Assembly: GCA_024626585.2 (NCBI GenBank)
Contig: JANKJI020000004.1
Span: 152,658,127 to 152,677,524, forward strand
Length of the DNA stretch: 19,398 nucleotides
Direction: 5' to 3'
Origin: Ginkgo biloba
Taxonomy: Eukaryota > Plantae > Ginkgophyta
Below the pieces are notes generated by a model. The model was not told where the DNA came from and did not search any database. It saw nothing but the letters and a program-made list of their open reading frames with translations. This document shows, piece by piece, positions 1-11,329 of the stretch (positions are counted from its first letter, which is position 1; every line of letters begins with the position of its first letter). A program made the position numbers and the translations under genes.

Positions 1-1717
1 AGATAATTTTTAGATCATACTGTTGGCTATTTTATCACTGTTTCTAGCCATGTACCTTGTTGTCCTTTATGGCTGTACCATCCATAATGAATGCTAAGTG
101 TTGGTGCATTGTTTGAGCATTGAAATCTAATTTTTGCAGTGAAAAATCATAATTTTCTAGTGGCTAGTTTGCTAGTTGTACACAGTTGATACGTACCTCG
201 TTTGATCAAATTTAATGTGCTGAAATGTCGAGAAGATGTGGAATAAGTTTGCCTCAAGTTTGATTGACTTTAATGGTGTTTAGAATTAATTTTTTCTAAA
301 TTATTCAAGTCTGATTTTCCACTGCATATACTTGAATTTATCTCTCATATTTTGGCCGATTTTAGAAATGGATGAATGGTTTTTTAATGCATGAATGTTG
401 TGCAAATAAGATGCATTCAGTTCTGGCTCAGTTTCATCACATTTCAACAGGCATGGCAACAAAGGTCAATAACATTAGCAACACCATTTTTTATAAAATT
501 GGAGAGTATTTAATGCTTTAATAATGATATAGTAATGATACTAAGATGACATTGCCATCTAGTAATAGGTACAATTGCATTCAATACAATAAGGATTGTC
601 ACATTTATAATTGATTAGAGCACATTTGCTGTAGGTAGATGATGTTGGCATTAAAGTAGTGACATCATCCTTGTATGACATAATGAGGAGCAATTACAAC
701 CACTGATTTGAGCAAATATAATGCAGGAATGATGCTAGCATCTACAACAAGTACTAAATAACATTAATGGTCCATAAAGGAGGATCACATTAGTGTGTAA
801 ATGGTGCATTGAATGACGTAGAATATGCATATCTATCAAAGAAACCCTAGAGGCATTATTTGAGGAAGGAGGCCAGTATGTGAAAAACATTACTAAAGTA
901 CTAGAGAAGACAGAAAAGCAACATGCTGAAATTGATGAGTTGTGTCAAAAGTGCTACATAAAAAGGAAGCAAGAGCCTTATTAAGAATGCCTTTGGTGTA
1001 CAAAAAATAATAAGATGGGACATAACCATACTGGACATACTAAACAAACTACCACCATCTAGAAGAAGTGGTGCGCCAACGATTTGAAATTTACCCTTGA
1101 CATGAAGGTTGTTGTTCTAACCTATGCAGTGACCAATATTGAGAAAGAACATGGTAAGGCCAACGATTTGGTTATGGAGGAAATTCTAATCACAAAGTCT
1201 AGTACCAAGGATCCTACAACGAAAATCAACCCAGCTCTACTTCTATGAGGTGCTTGTAGTGTGAGCATCAAGGAAATGTCTTAAGGATTGACTTATTTTT
1301 ATAAGTATAATTACTTGGTCAATAATTTTAACATAGAAAATAAATACTATATTGATGAACTATCATGTAATGTGTACATTACTTATATTTTCACTTAAGT
1401 CAATAGTTCAATAGTTCATCAAAGTGNNNNNNNNNNNNNNNNNNNNNNNNNNNNNNNNNNNNNNNNNNNNNNNNNNNNNNNNNNNNNNNNNNNNNNNNNN
1501 NNNNNNNNNNNNNNNNNNNNNNNNNNNNNNNNNNNNNNNNNNNNNNNNNNNNNNNNNNNNNNNNNNNNNNNNNNNNNNNNNNNNNNNNNNNNNNNNNNNN
1601 NNNNNNNNNNNNNNNNNNNNNNNNNNNNNNNNNNNNNNNNNNNNNNNNNNNNNNNNNNNNNNNNNNNNNNNNNNNNNNNNNNNNNNNNNNNNNNNNNNNN
1701 NNNNNNNNNNNNNNNNN

Positions 1718-2190
1718 GCCATCGATCCAAACACTAGCAGGCAAAAGATTTTTTTTCAAAAGGTATCAAAATTTTGCAAGCTTTGAGGGCAAATCATTTT
1801 GAAAGGGAGTGGCATGTAGTGAACCCAAAGGGGGAATAATGTAATGGACCGTACCCTAGCAGTATCATATCTCATTCTTCTCTTATTAATAATCTCTCTC
1901 TCTTACCTTCTTTTGTAATTGTAAGCCNNNNNNNNNNNNNNNNNNNNNNNNNNNNNNNNNNNNNNNNNNNNNNNNNNNNNNNNNNNNNNNNNNNNNNNNN
2001 NNNNNNNNNNNNNNNNNNNNNNGAATATCATATTGTTGCTTATGCATTGGGAGGTATCCACCCTTGAAGTGGATTGTATTGGGGGTTCCACCCTCGAAGT
2101 GGGTATAGCTATATTTTGAGTTCTTGTTTTCCATTGAATTTTTGAGTTTCATTGTATTCGAGTTGTGTTCAGTGATCGGGGTTCACAACA
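1718..2190 (+). mobile_element. 3' end of a Ty3/gypsy (chromovirus-like) retrotransposon: decayed pol tail, PPT and 3' LTR (1815-2190)
   Basis: Purine tract GAAAGGGAGTGGCA directly precedes TGTAGTGAACCC (1815). The LTR ends GGGTTCACAACA (2190), giving TG..CA termini and an 11/12 terminal inverted repeat. Internal CCACCCTYGAAGTGG duplication; no PBS follows, so it is a 3' LTR. The chromovirus call rests only on recalled resemblance of the pre-PPT sequence. Confidence 0.75.
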
Positions 2191-4858
2191 TTTTTGTTGG
2201 CGGTTAGAATCAGTGGTTTCATTAACATTGGCGGTTTTCCTTTGTTTGGTGGTTTCATTCCTCCTCCGATTTTGGCTTGCACTGTGGCTTCTTCCTTAGG
2301 TGGTTTTCTATTTGAGCAGTTTCACCTGCTGGTTTTGAACTAGTGGATTGGTGGTTTTTGGGACTTGCGGTTTGGCGTCCTTATTCCTTGTTCTTACCAT
2401 CTGTGGGCTCCCCTATGGTTTCTCACCTCTTATGGTCTCCTCCCTGGTGACTCCATTGGCTCCCAATCAGCCACAACGTAGGTGCCCTGCCTCCTTGTGG
2501 CCCTTGCTACCACCTAGCAGGTCGCAAGCCATCCACCCCTAGCCTGTAGCTTCTCGTGGCCCTCGAGGGCTCTTGCACTAGCCTGCATAGTTGTGCCACC
2601 CGCGCTGCCTATGCCGAACACTATTATGCCCATGCCATAGCCCACAGGGCCCATCCACCACCAGGGCCCTTGCCCCCTACAGACACCTCCACCATCCACA
2701 GGCAAACCAACGACACCCCCCCTATAGAGAATTTCTGAAAGAAAAATTCAAATGGCAGAAAATAAAAAAAGTGATGGTGGGGATTTAAGGCATGTTAGGG
2801 CCAACATAAGGGGATTTAATTCACCTAAAATTAGCTATTAATAAGCAATAAAAATCCTCCACCAAACCCTTTTTGAAATAAATGCATGGTAGATGATTTT
2901 TGGTGGGAAATCGATGGAATGACTCTAGGAACAAAAGGAAGGAACAACTTAGTTTGGAAGCGGTAGAGAATAGATTTAGAGAGAAAGATAGGGAAAAAAC
3001 AAGTGAAGGTGGTGAAGGAAGTGTGGCAGTTCTTAGTTGGTGACCGCGATGGAGGAGAGAGTGATCTCTTAAGGGGAATTGAGCGTGGGAGAGAAAATTT
3101 AACGGTTGACTTTGATGGGAAGTGTGTATTGTGTCAGTCCCTAAGAGAGAGAGGGNNNNNNNNNNNTACCTTATAGCATATTTAGCCATGTAAAAGAATA
3201 TTCCATTTGGGGTTTTCATGTATTAATATAATAAATTATTGTGTAAGTCCACTAAACATGAATTCTGTGTGCATATTTTCTTGTTTTAATTTCTGTGCTT
3301 AACAAATTATCATTTTGGGCTTGTTAATTAGCCAAATTATATTCATGTCTTATCCTAAGGAGGGTTGTTCCCAAGGTGGGCTCCATCAAAGATTTACAAT
3401 TTTGTTTTATTATGATATTGCATTTAACTTGTGAATATTTTAAGCCATTATAAAATCCTTGCTCCTAGCATCATCGAGAATCTAAACCCTGATCCTTTTC
3501 CCAATACGCTGTCATCAATATGCCTTTATAGAAGGTATTCTCTATTTAGATCTAAGGACCCAAAAAATATATCTTTGATAAAATAGAAACCAAAGGTAGT
3601 TAGTAACTAACTCCATNNNNNNNNNNNNNNNNNNNNNNNNNNNNNNNNNNNNNNNNNNNNNNNNNNNNNNNNNNNNNNNNNNNNNNNNNNNNNNNNNNNN
3701 NNNNNNNNNNNNNNNNCCTAAAGTAAGAAACCACCAAAAGAGGCATTGGCACTCACAACATTGTCCACCAAGATTGAAAATAATGGTAGGGCATATAAAA
3801 GTCATGACAAATTCAACCGCATCGCTAAAAACAACTACATTAACAAACATGCAAGAATTAGAGGTTCTAAAACAATTCGATGATGACTTGAATTTAATTG
3901 TTTTCTTCTCTACTATTCTTTAGCTATGGGAACCTAGACAATTACAAAAAACTACTAGAGTTGTCGGAGAGGAAGAAATTTTAGTAGTTAGATGGCTCCA
4001 ATTTGAGTAGAGATCTGCATATATGAATTTAATTGTTGGATTATACAGTGGATAAAGAAATTGTGGATGGTGGTTTTAAAGAAAATGTAATACATACTTG
4101 GAAAGTAATCGCGATTCCTACCATATGCCTACAAGTTACACCCTTACAATGGAACATTGTTAGGTTTGGGGGTAGATATTTTCTTAACCTAACTCAGTAG
4201 GACAATAATTCTAAATCGAAAGAAAACATGAAGAAATATAAGAAATTATGGAAATGGTATTGCATATACTGGTTTCCACATCAACTAGAGGTGTTAAAGT
4301 TGAATAATAATTCTCAATCCAAGGCTTCCTTTCCTTGTGTCTAACATGCACATGAAGTAATCTTGACAATGTTTGAAAATACCACAAGTTCTCAATAGGC
4401 ATTGCTAAGACTCTAGGTACTGAAAGTTCTTTAATCAACATGTAGCCAAAAGTCATTGGTAGGGGTGATGCAGTATCAAAACACCAAGTTATCAAAAGTT
4501 TCTTATAGGAGTAAGGTGTTTCATAATTGAGACCTTAATTATTATGAGGTGATGGATTATATTTAGTATTGTCAATGCTTTAAATGGGTGGAAATAAATG
4601 GGTGGCATTGTGTGTCAGTTTTAGCTTACACTAGAAGCCTAGACGACATCTTGATTCACTATTAGATGTAGTACTTGGGAGTGCCTTTTGAATGATGTGT
4701 AGCCTACATCACTTAGTATTGGTGTTATTGGTTGAAGTCATTGTGATATTTCTAATGTGTAAGGCTTGTTACAGTTAAACCCTGTAAGAAAATTATTTTT
4801 CATGGTTTATGTTTGCAATACACAAAGACTAGTTTATTACTCTTTGATCTTTAATTAA

Positions 4859-5805
4859 ATATGTATCTATTTCCTCATTTATCCATGATCATATGATATT
4901 GTTAAATTCAATAAGTAGAAACACATTTCATGATGATAGAAAGTAGAGTATTGATAAGGACTAGCATATGCACGTTTTGTGGATGTGATTTACAAAACAT
5001 AAATGAGAGAATTGATAAACAACATGATCATTCTTTATTTTAGGTCCATGAAGATGGTGATCATCTTATGTTTGATGAACGGGATGCTTAGCGAGATGAC
5101 TTGAGAAACTTATTGTTTGTTAGCTTTGATTATAATTTGGAGATGGATCAATTGATGGCTCAACTTATTGATAATGTTCATCTTAAATATAGTCATGGTC
5201 TAAATCATTTGGGTAATGATGAAAGTTAGGAGATTGAAGGTAGTGCTTAGTGTCTTTGCAAATGATAATCAACCACAAAGTGTAGCTATTGTTTTTTCTT
5301 TAAGATAGTATATGCGCATATATTTCTACCCCCAGCAGATATACACAAATTTAAAGAACAAAAATAGTAGTTACAATTTGTGGTTGATTCTCACTTAGAA
5401 GGTATTAGGTACCACCTTCATTCTCTTAACTTTCATCATTACCAGAATTATCTAGAGGAACATCATTAAGACCATTTTTAACGTGAACATTATGAACAGA
5501 TTGAGATACCAATTAATCAATCTCCAAATTAAAAGCAAAGCAAAGAAATGGTATGTTTATCAAGTCACCTTACTAAGCATCTCGTACATCAAACACAAGA
5601 TGGTGACCATCTTTATAGACCCAAAATGAGTAGCGATTGTGTTGTTTATCAATTTTCTCATTTATATTCTGTACATCACATCCATGAAACATGCATATGT
5701 TGGTCCTTGTCAATACTTTATATTCTATCTTTGTGAAATATATTTCTACTTATTGAATTCAAATGTGATATACCCTCACTCAGAAATGAGAAAATAGATA
5801 CATAT
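4859..5805. repeat. Long imperfect inverted repeat (fold-back): arms ~4859-5313 and ~5339-5805, ~25-nt spacer
   Basis: The reverse complement of the right arm aligns colinearly to the left arm (e.g. AATTCAATAAGTAGAAA / TTTCTACTTATTGAATT; GGTAATGATGAAAGTTA / TAACTTTCATCATTACC). About 70 mismatches in ~346 hand-aligned nt; no N gap inside. Confidence 0.95.
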
Positions 5806-5972
5806 AGTAGTTTGTCCCATTTGATTCATAAAACTGCAAACTATGCAATTAGGTCATCATCATACATTAGTANNNNNNNNNNNNNNNNNNNNNNNNNNNN
5901 NNNNNNNNNNNNNNNNNNNNNNNNNNNNNNNNNNNNNNNNNNNNNNNNNNNNNNNNNNNNNNNNNNNNNNNN

Positions 5973-6000
<28 letters not shown>
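5973..6000. repeat. (GA)14 microsatellite, truncated by a gap
   Basis: Read directly from the sequence. Confidence 0.98.
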
Positions 6001-6004
<4 letters not shown>

Positions 6005-8233
6005 TCAAGTACATGGGTGATTACATTGTGGTTGAGGCTTTACATATATATCTTTCACATGTGTGCTAACAAATGGTTATGTATGGTTGCCAATGTTTCC
6101 TATCTATTCCTATGATTAATTATGTTGACTAATGCATTTGTAGTGAGGTCATGATTCTCTTTAATACATCAGATTACTTTGCAACTAGGTTAGTTGATAC
6201 GATCAACTTAAGTCTTCTAGTTGCAATTGAAGTCTATTGCACTAGATTTAAATGATCGATAATTGTTGCTAACTATGATCGATAATTGATTCTTGTTGAG
6301 ATCAATGATTGTTTGTACAATTGATATCTGTTGATTGCAATCGACCACTGTTCTTAAGACGATCAACTTCTATGTTGTTTTTGATCAAAACTTTGGCAAA
6401 TTCTCACTTGACAATCTTTGATTGTCCTTGTTCAATCAAAATTTTCAAAAAATTGTCTTCATTGCCCCCTTGAAAATTTTCATTTCTTCTTCATTCTTTT
6501 GGAGTGTTGCATGAGTGCGAGTATAGGAATGTTGTTTTCCTTAATAATTAATAAAATAGGAACAAAACTCGCAGAGTGGAATCCAAATTTTCTTTTGCAG
6601 TCTATAATTCCTTTTTTGTAGGTCTAATGCCATATTTGTTACCTAGATTGTCTACAATTTGACATCAAAGCTCAGTCTGTGTCCTATCACATTTTAAGAT
6701 CTAAGATCCCAATTTGAGAATAATTTCCTCTAATGGTGGAGGAATTTCCTTATGAAAATTGGACATAAAATGCTTGTAAGTATCATCCTTCGTTGAGACA
6801 TCTACCAGCCACAAGTTGTAGAAGTCTGTAATGAATTTAATTTTCTTCTCTAGCTTGCTTAGTTTCTTCAATCACCCCTCAACTAGAATGTTTAGTCTGC
6901 AATGAGTTTAATTTGTCTTCATTCCCAGACTAATATCTCAATGACATTAGCCATGAATTTTGGCCCCCAAGCTTCATGATTGTGCAATTCACAATCTTTN
7001 NNNNNNNNNNNNNNNNNNNNNNNNNNNNNNNNNNNNNNNNNNNNNNNNNNNNNNNNNNNNNNNNNNNNNNNNNNNNNNNNNNNNNNNNNNNNNNNNNNNC
7101 ATTAGCCATGAATTTTGGCCCCCAAGCTTCATGATTGTGCAATTCACAATCTTTCTTTTCTAAGCTATCTTCGAACACTTTCATTTGATCATTCCAATCT
7201 AATTTGATACATCCATCTAGTATAGCATTTGGCTAAGTGGGTCTCAGAATTACCTCCCATTATGTATAAGTTGGTTGGTTGTCTTTTGGAACATGCACAC
7301 CTCGATCATGCATCTATTTTTTGGATGTTGCAACTACTTTTGTTGGTTGATTCTCCTGGATGGATATAGTCAGGAATTTCTCCATCATTGGTGCCTTGTT
7401 TTTTTTCTTGTTCTTCTTTCTTCCTCCAATACTTCCTACATGACTAGCTCTTGGTTAGTGGTCGATTCCTCATTTGGGTTGCTAACTTATTTGGCGACAA
7501 CTTATTCCCTTTATGCTACTACTTTTTCTACATAATTAGGTAGCAACCATTACACTGCCTTTTGACAACTTCATCATAATCACCCTATCTTCCCCCTTAT
7601 TCCCTTCAAAATCGTGTAGACGATCCAACAATACATGAAAATTTTGGGGCATCATCCATAATGGGGAAGTTGACATCTGGACATGTGGCTAAAAGGAGAC
7701 TAATAAAGACTGTGGGTAGGAAAAATGATGTTGTTCTAGGAGCCTCTCAGATGTTCCTTAGTAGGGTAAGAATTTAGATTTGAAGNNNNNNNNNNNNNNN
7801 NNNNCAATTATAACCCATACTTGCTTTCACTTGCGAGATTGTTGATCGTAGTTGTGTTGGCATGTGAGTATACTTCTAATAGCCAAACAACTTTAGTGCT
7901 ATGAATTTTGTGATCCGCCTCGGCTTGGGATCCTTCTCTCCTTCTAGTTGAATGCTATACATGGATGCATCAGCTATGTGCTTTCAGTACTCCCTGGCAA
8001 TATCTTATTGGTCTTGTTTGGGCGCCATTGGAAATTATAGATCATCATAGGGAAAACCTGTTACCTTATGGATGGCAACTTAAAAAATTGGGAGTAAGTC
8101 AAGACATTTTGCCAACATGCCAAGTTTAGAATCCAAACTACCCAACTCATAGAACAATGGTGGCTATAAGAAATACTTGTTCAATCCTTCTTTTTTTAGC
8201 ACCCTCTTGATGGGGTTTTATGCAAAAAAGGCC
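6001..8233 (-). mobile_element. Decayed LTR retrotransposon: 3' LTR ~6461->6001, PPT 6462-6471, degenerate internal region
   Basis: The minus strand reads AAGGGGGCAA-TGAAGAC... (PPT then TG) and the repeat ends ...CTTGAATCA. A frameshifted zinc-knuckle-like relic (TC.RCQLPHYG*CPK) lies near 7640-7690 on the minus strand. A related copy of the terminal repeat is at 8334-8764. Confidence 0.6.
6945..7154. other. Assembly artefact: identical 55-bp contig overlap on both sides of a 100-N gap
   Basis: 6945-6999 is identical to 7100-7154, and each copy ends exactly at a gap edge. Confidence 0.85.
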
Positions 8234-8333
8234 NNNNNNNNNNNNNNNNNNNNNNNNNNNNNNNNNNNNNNNNNNNNNNNNNNNNNNNNNNNNNNNNNNN
8301 NNNNNNNNNNNNNNNNNNNNNNNNNNNNNNNNN

Positions 8334-8764
8334 GCAACAAGAACCAATTATCAATCACTATCAACAGTAGCTATCAATCATAGTTAGCAACAGTTATCGA
8401 TCGTTTCAGTCAAGCATAGAAGACTTCAATTGCAACTCGAAGGCTTAAGGTGATTAAAGTACTTAAACTAGTCAAAAACTAATTTGATGTTAGCAACAGT
8501 TATCGATCGTTTCAGTCAAGCATAGAAGACATCAATTGCAACTCGAAGGCTTAAGGTGATTAAAGAACTNNNNNNNNNNNNNNNNNNNNNNNNNNNNNNN
8601 NNGAGAATCACAACCGCACTACAAACACATTAGTCAACTTAATTAATCATAGGAATAGTTAGGAAACATTGACAACCATTCGTAGCAATTTATAAAGAAA
8701 CTATTGAAAGATATAAATGTAAAGCCTTGGTGGCAATGTAATAATCCACGTACTTGAATCATCA
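8334..8764 (+). mobile_element. Partial LTR of the same family as 6001-6461, in opposite orientation
   Basis: The reverse complement of 8603-8763 matches 5999-6158 and 8334-8490 matches ~6165-6299. Ends ...TACTTGAATCATCA and is not followed by a PBS. Confidence 0.7.
8383..8569. repeat. 81-bp direct duplication (8383-8463 and 8489-8569), 2 mismatches
   Basis: GTTAGCAACAGTTATCGATCG...GGTGATTAAAG(T/A)ACT occurs twice, period 106 bp; the second copy abuts a gap. Confidence 0.92.
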
Positions 8765-10104
8765 ATCAATCAATATTAAAAATTGGTAAGTGTAATTCCA
8801 TCCATCCGTAACCTCTATTGAATGAAATTTTGAATTCTGTTATATATAAATATTTATGTGTAGGTATATATATACTAATTATATATAAAAATAATCCAAC
8901 TTTGACTTTAAGTAGAATCCATCCATGACCTCGCTTCTTAATTTTTATGTGATAAAAAAAAAAAATACATTGTATGCGTCAACTAAACTTTAGAATTAAA
9001 ATGTCAGGTTGAATAATGTTTGAAATTAAACTGTAAATAGTAATATATATAGAGAGAGAAATTTAAACCAAAAACTAGTAATCCATGCAATGTTGATTCT
9101 TCGTGAAAGAGAGACTCGAGATAAAATCAACTTTTCGAGAAAAGACTTAGACAACAAACAGAGCTAGGTATTATGTCCAAAGACTGTTGCAACATAACAA
9201 TCCGCGAATTGATATAGCACAACAGTCTATCTAGGGAATCTTGACCACAAATTTAAGGGACTCTTCCCCTGCAACAACCCATCGTGGGTTGTTCTGACAC
9301 AATAGTCATGGCAACAGTTCGTGAATTGTTGCGTGGGGGCAATAGTGGGCTGTTACGCAGGTAAAGTATGCACAAACAGAAACAATGTGAATCTGAGAAA
9401 ATAGTAATTATAGTCCAACAATGTCCTTTTTTCATCTATATGCAGATGTTACATAATTAGAGTAGAAATAATGGAGGTTTATGCATTAGTAAAAGAAATA
9501 AAATTATTGAATTAATTTGTATGTCTGTTAAACTATGATTTCCAAATTCCATATTCAGTGCTTAGGAGGACTCCTTTTCATGCATGCAAAGGTCATCCCC
9601 TTTATAAGCATTCGTGAATTTAAGGCATCGTTTACTGAGCTATTAACTAAGAGTGTATTCCATTACTTTGACAATGGTCTAGAGTTGAGGATTATGCATC
9701 AACAACAAAGATCGCATGACTATGCATGGAGGTAGCAATCTAAGATCAACACACGGAATATCAAATACCACTTGAACAGACGATATCATATTTAAGAAGC
9801 TAATTGAATTAATTAAGGATTGCAAATGGTACAACGTAGACAATGAAATTAGAGCTATATTCACCTCTAAGTAGACTCAAACTTATAATTCAAATTCAGA
9901 TTTTTGTGCAATTGAGCTAGTAGACTTTGGCTCATCCACATTTTAACTCNNNNNNNNNNNNNNNNNNNNNNNNNNNNNNNNNNNNNNNNNNNNNNNNNNN
10001 NNNNNNNNNNNNNNNNNNNNNNNNNNNNNNNNNNNNNNNNNNNNNNNNNACTATTTTGTGCAAATCCTAATTAGGCATTAGCTTTAGTGAGAACTCAAGA
10101 GTTA

Positions 10105-10260
10105 CAGAGTTTGGCGCTCGATCGTGCGCACTGTAGGGCGCATTTTCGCGCCGGACACAGAACGCGCATTACCGCGCGCATTTCAGCGCCAGAGCACTGA
10201 TATTGCGCGCATTTCAACGACGTCTAGTTACAATGAGGTCCGCGAAGTCGATTTTCTTCC
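10105..10260 (+). promoter_or_regulatory. CpG-rich island, candidate promoter/TSS region for the PPR gene
   Basis: Sharp CpG/CGCG cluster in CpG-poor DNA. E2F-consensus (TTTSSCGS) sites TTTGGCGC 10110-10117 and TTTCGCGC 10144-10151; four GCGCATT motifs (10138, 10164, 10176, 10207). Strand and target gene are inferred from position; a 100-N gap lies between the island and the CDS. Confidence 0.5.
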
Positions 10261-11329
10261 AGTTGCTGACCATTTACTCATTTTTCGAGCTTCAAAGGGT
10301 TGAAGAGTGAGAAGGCGATCACCCCCTTGGATTTGTTAAACCGTTTTTGCTGCAATTTCAACAACAAATCCTCCAGCAACCGAACGGGTGCATCAAAAAT
10401 AAATATTTTGTTGTATACTTCTTCAATTCTATGTGCAACATTTTGGTTTCTTTGAATTATTTTCTAACCATCGAGTTATTCCCTAAGATTCCAGAATGCG
10501 GCTTTGTTGGTGACATCAATAGCACTATATTCTTGTCTCTTTCGAGACCGTCTTTGGCCCTTAATGGCTCTTTTATTGTGATTGTCTCAATAGTAACCAT
10601 TAGTTCATTTGCCTATCTTAAAAAACCCGTTAAATCTCTCAAGCTAAGGACAAAATTAATTCCATCTTGGACAAGTACTCGGTAACCCCAACTATCATGA
10701 AGATTGCAAGTTTTTGCTAAACCTTCAAGATAACCGAGGGTCTTCATCATACCACCAAACGAGCAACTTGTAGTAGATGCACGAACAAAATGGCATGAGC
10801 ATAGAGTGCAACAAAAACTTGCAGTAGCCACAAAAATGGTGTCTAAAATAAACCATCATAGAGTAAAAGCTTGACCTATGCAAGACAGGGCATCTAGTAG
10901 CATAACTAAGGGGTTGAATAAGAAGAAAGCAATCAACACCCAAGCTGCAAGTTTCAACACCAAAAAAAGAGGATGCAAAAAGAGAAATTTTGGTGGAAGA
11001 AACTTCTCAAAATCTATAGGAGAAAGGCAAAGAAGAAATTTTAGTGATGAACACTAACACTAACGAAGGCCCCTCAATTGAGAGTGAGAAGTTGAAAAAT
11101 AACGATGAACAAGTTTCACCCAAACCACTAAGTCCAACAACTTTAGATTTTGTGTTAGGAACTATAATTGACAAACCCTCGATACCAATTAAGCCATACT
11201 CATTACATTNNNNNNNNNNNNNNNNNNNNNNNNNNNNNNNNNNNNNNNNNNNNNNNNNNNNNNNNNNNNNNNNNNNNNNNNNNNNNNNNNNNNNNNNNNN
11301 NNNNNNNNNAATTTAATTTTAAAAAATAT

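Noticed and set aside
1400-2152. ORFs spanning N runs here and at 3542, 5812, 6930, 8147, 11044 and 16448
   Set aside because: Their length comes from Ns that hide stop codons.
3717-4760. Faint retroelement-like peptides (YLESN..YHMPTSYT; LDDILI; minus-strand WCFDTAS)
   Set aside because: Too short and inconsistent in strand and order to call by eye; needs a translated HMM search.
6945-7154. Perfect 55-bp direct repeat
   Set aside because: Both copies terminate exactly at the gap edges, which indicates an unmerged contig overlap rather than biology.
8010-8030. Minus-strand TGGCGCCCA resembling a tRNA-Lys primer-binding site
   Set aside because: Only ~9 nt match, it is not preceded by the LTR sequence, and it could equally be an ATG GCG CCC AAA start.
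10347-11209. Short ORFs on both strands between the CpG island and the PPR gene
   Set aside because: No recognisable domain and mostly non-ATG starts; probably leader/intron or decayed repeat sequence.
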